Shown here piece by piece: positions 61,871 to 64,000 of a stretch of DNA of 64,000 bases; within the stretch, counting starts at the first letter, position 1, and every line of letters begins with the position of its first letter. The notes beneath the pieces were generated by a model. The model searched no databases. It was not told the origin of the DNA and worked only from the letters and a program-made list of their open reading frames with translations. The stretch is from Lama guanicoe. Its lineage: Eukaryota. Both the position numbers and the translations under genes were made by a program. The stretch spans positions 558,001-622,000 of the forward strand of contig MU054132.1 of the NCBI GenBank assembly GCA_013239625.1. The letters run 5' to 3'.

Positions 61871-63090
61871 TGAATAATAACTTAATGGGGTTTCCCATTA
61901 AAGGGAAGTATAGATAAACGCATATGTTCAACCTGCCACTTTGAATTCATTTTAGCTTCTGATTAATTTTGGATGTTTCATCTATACATCATGTTCATTG
62001 CCTTAAAAGAGTTTGCAAACCATTGGTCTACTTGAATAGCTTGCATTTTACAGATAAGGATCAAGCCCACAGGGAGAACAGGCTTGTCCAAGGTCACAGA
62101 TTGAACTGAGCAGAGCTAGGACTAGAGACTAGACTCCTGGAGTCTGGACTCCAGGTCAAGTGTTCTTTCATGCTCTACTGTTGCCTTTTCTATCACTGAC
62201 ATGACTGAACTGATTTCAGCTGATAGCATGTGATTTACTCTACCTCAAGTCAGTTGTACTCATCCTGTACAACATGTCACCTTTTCTGTCTCCCCAAGTT
62301 TTAGGGAGAGTGTGACAGGCAGCATTAGCAGGCATGTCACTTTCTCAGAATTCACTGCCAACTCCTGAACCTTGCTTAATTTTCTTTTTGGGAAGATCTG
62401 TTGTTTAAATTCCTTGGGTGCCTGTTGGATAGTTAAGTAGAGGCGTAACAGAAAAGAGTAATATATTAGATTTTTCAATCACATTCTGTATCTTTGGTGA
62501 CTTGAACCTCTTTGAAAAACTGAAAGTGCTGAACCCTCTCAGAAAAATGCACATACTTTTTCAAACATGCAAAATTTTCCATTTGGTCATGGGAGCAATT
62601 CCCATGAAGCCCATCTTTGGATCTTGGATGATGAATCAAACTGAATAGTATTTTCCTATCAGAAAAAGCCATGCTACTTCTCTTTGGCAAGTCATTTTAT
62701 CTTAAAGTTTAGGAGGGTAGTAGTGCAAGACTTCTTGGCACCCTGTAGCATAAGGCTTAGTCTGAGTAGAGAGGTTTTCATCCACAGAAGTTCTCGTCTC
62801 CTCTTCTCAACAGTTGGTTTCGTCTCCTTTTCCTCTGGGCTGCCAGGAGCCCAGTGCTCAGGCCTCGTCTGTCTGTTCATCTGGGTCCAGCAAATTTAGC
62901 AGACTCCCCAGATGCAATGAGTGTTCTCCAAACCTCTTCTTATTCATGAGATTTATACCTACCACATTCCTATATTTCTATTCTTCTCTCACATACTCGT
63001 TTCTTTTTATTTGTGAGAGCAGAATGGGATCACCAAACCGTCATACTATTCACTGACTCATAAACTTAGAAGAGGGAGGAGCCTCCTCTC

Positions 63091-63114
63091 CACACACACA
63101 CACACACACACACA
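63091..63114. repeat. (CA)n microsatellite
   Basis: About 12 CA units. Confidence 0.9.
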
Positions 63115-64000
63115 TTTTGTTTTGCAACCACTAGTAAATGGTTCCTCAAAGATCTGCTGGCATCAGTCTTCCCAGCATTTTGCCAAGGCCCCTGCCAAAG
63201 TTTTGAATCCACATCTGAGCATTTATCCTTCAAAAGGAAATGTCTTTTCCGTGGGTGAAAGGCACAGTATTAGAATACTTCCTTTTGACCCACTACACTC
63301 AAGTACACAGTTTTCACTGAAACTGACTTCAAGAGCCACACATTTGAGTCTGGAATCTCAGCTAATTTGTTGTCACACTCATTTTGTGATGAAAGAGTAG
63401 GTGGAGGAGGATATGGAAGTGAGGGAAGGACTTGTTGATGCACGCCATTTTTATATTATGTGTAGTGTAGAGTTACACAGGTATAATTATAGAGCTGGAA
63501 TAATCATATGAAAAGGAGCCTTAGAGGTCCTCTATCAAAGCCATCCATTTTACAGATGAAAAAAACCCTGAGGCCTAGAGATATTAAGGGATTGCCCAAG
63601 GCACAAAGCTGTATTATCTGAGATGCACCACAGCTGTTTGTTGGTGGAAGCGATGCTTTTACATCCTTTGTCGGATTACTCACCTGCCTGCTAATGGTAC
63701 AAAGCAGAGCAGGGGACAGACAGCATCTGCAGTGTCATCTTTGAGCGTGGAGGACAGTGATGTGTATGGCCAGATGCAACACCACTGTTCTATTTCAGGA
63801 GAGAAGACAGATGCAGGCTTTTTCTGCTAGTCTTCTGGACACATGAATTTTTGACTCCTTTGATTTGGAAATGACTCCTGATTGGGAAATACAGTGCTTC
63901 TGAATTCGTGCATTCCCGGGACTTTCTTCTGACTTTTTTCAGGTAGTTGCGTTTATTTGAGTAATTTTAATTTTATTAGAATGAGTAATAGAACTCTTTA

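Noticed and set aside
62270..62345. Two CATG-centred p53-like half sites
   Set aside because: About 60 nt apart and imperfect; not a canonical response element.

Overview
Mammalian genomic DNA, probably a camelid judging from its tRNA-derived SINE family. The window holds the complete KIF9 kinesin gene on the minus strand. I assembled 20 coding exons by hand (54931 to 18994), all GT-AG with consistent phases, totalling 2355 nt = 784 aa plus stop, with intact P-loop, switch I and switch II motifs. KIF9 is head-to-head with the first coding exon of KLHL18 (+, 60043-60171) across a CpG-island promoter that carries an RFX X-box and ETS sites. Positions 1-18 kb and the introns are mostly ancient repeats (L1, L2, MIR, MLT1, ERV-L pol fragments, Tigger, MER3/5/58, Charlie), plus a U6 retrocopy and a polyadenylated 3'UTR-like retrocopy. 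I found no evidence for a new multi-gene system. The best lead is a pair of cryptic exons in one KIF9 intron that together keep the reading frame (+86 aa). Repeat family names and human comparisons come from memory, not a search, and repeat boundaries are approximate unless a TSD or TIR is quoted.
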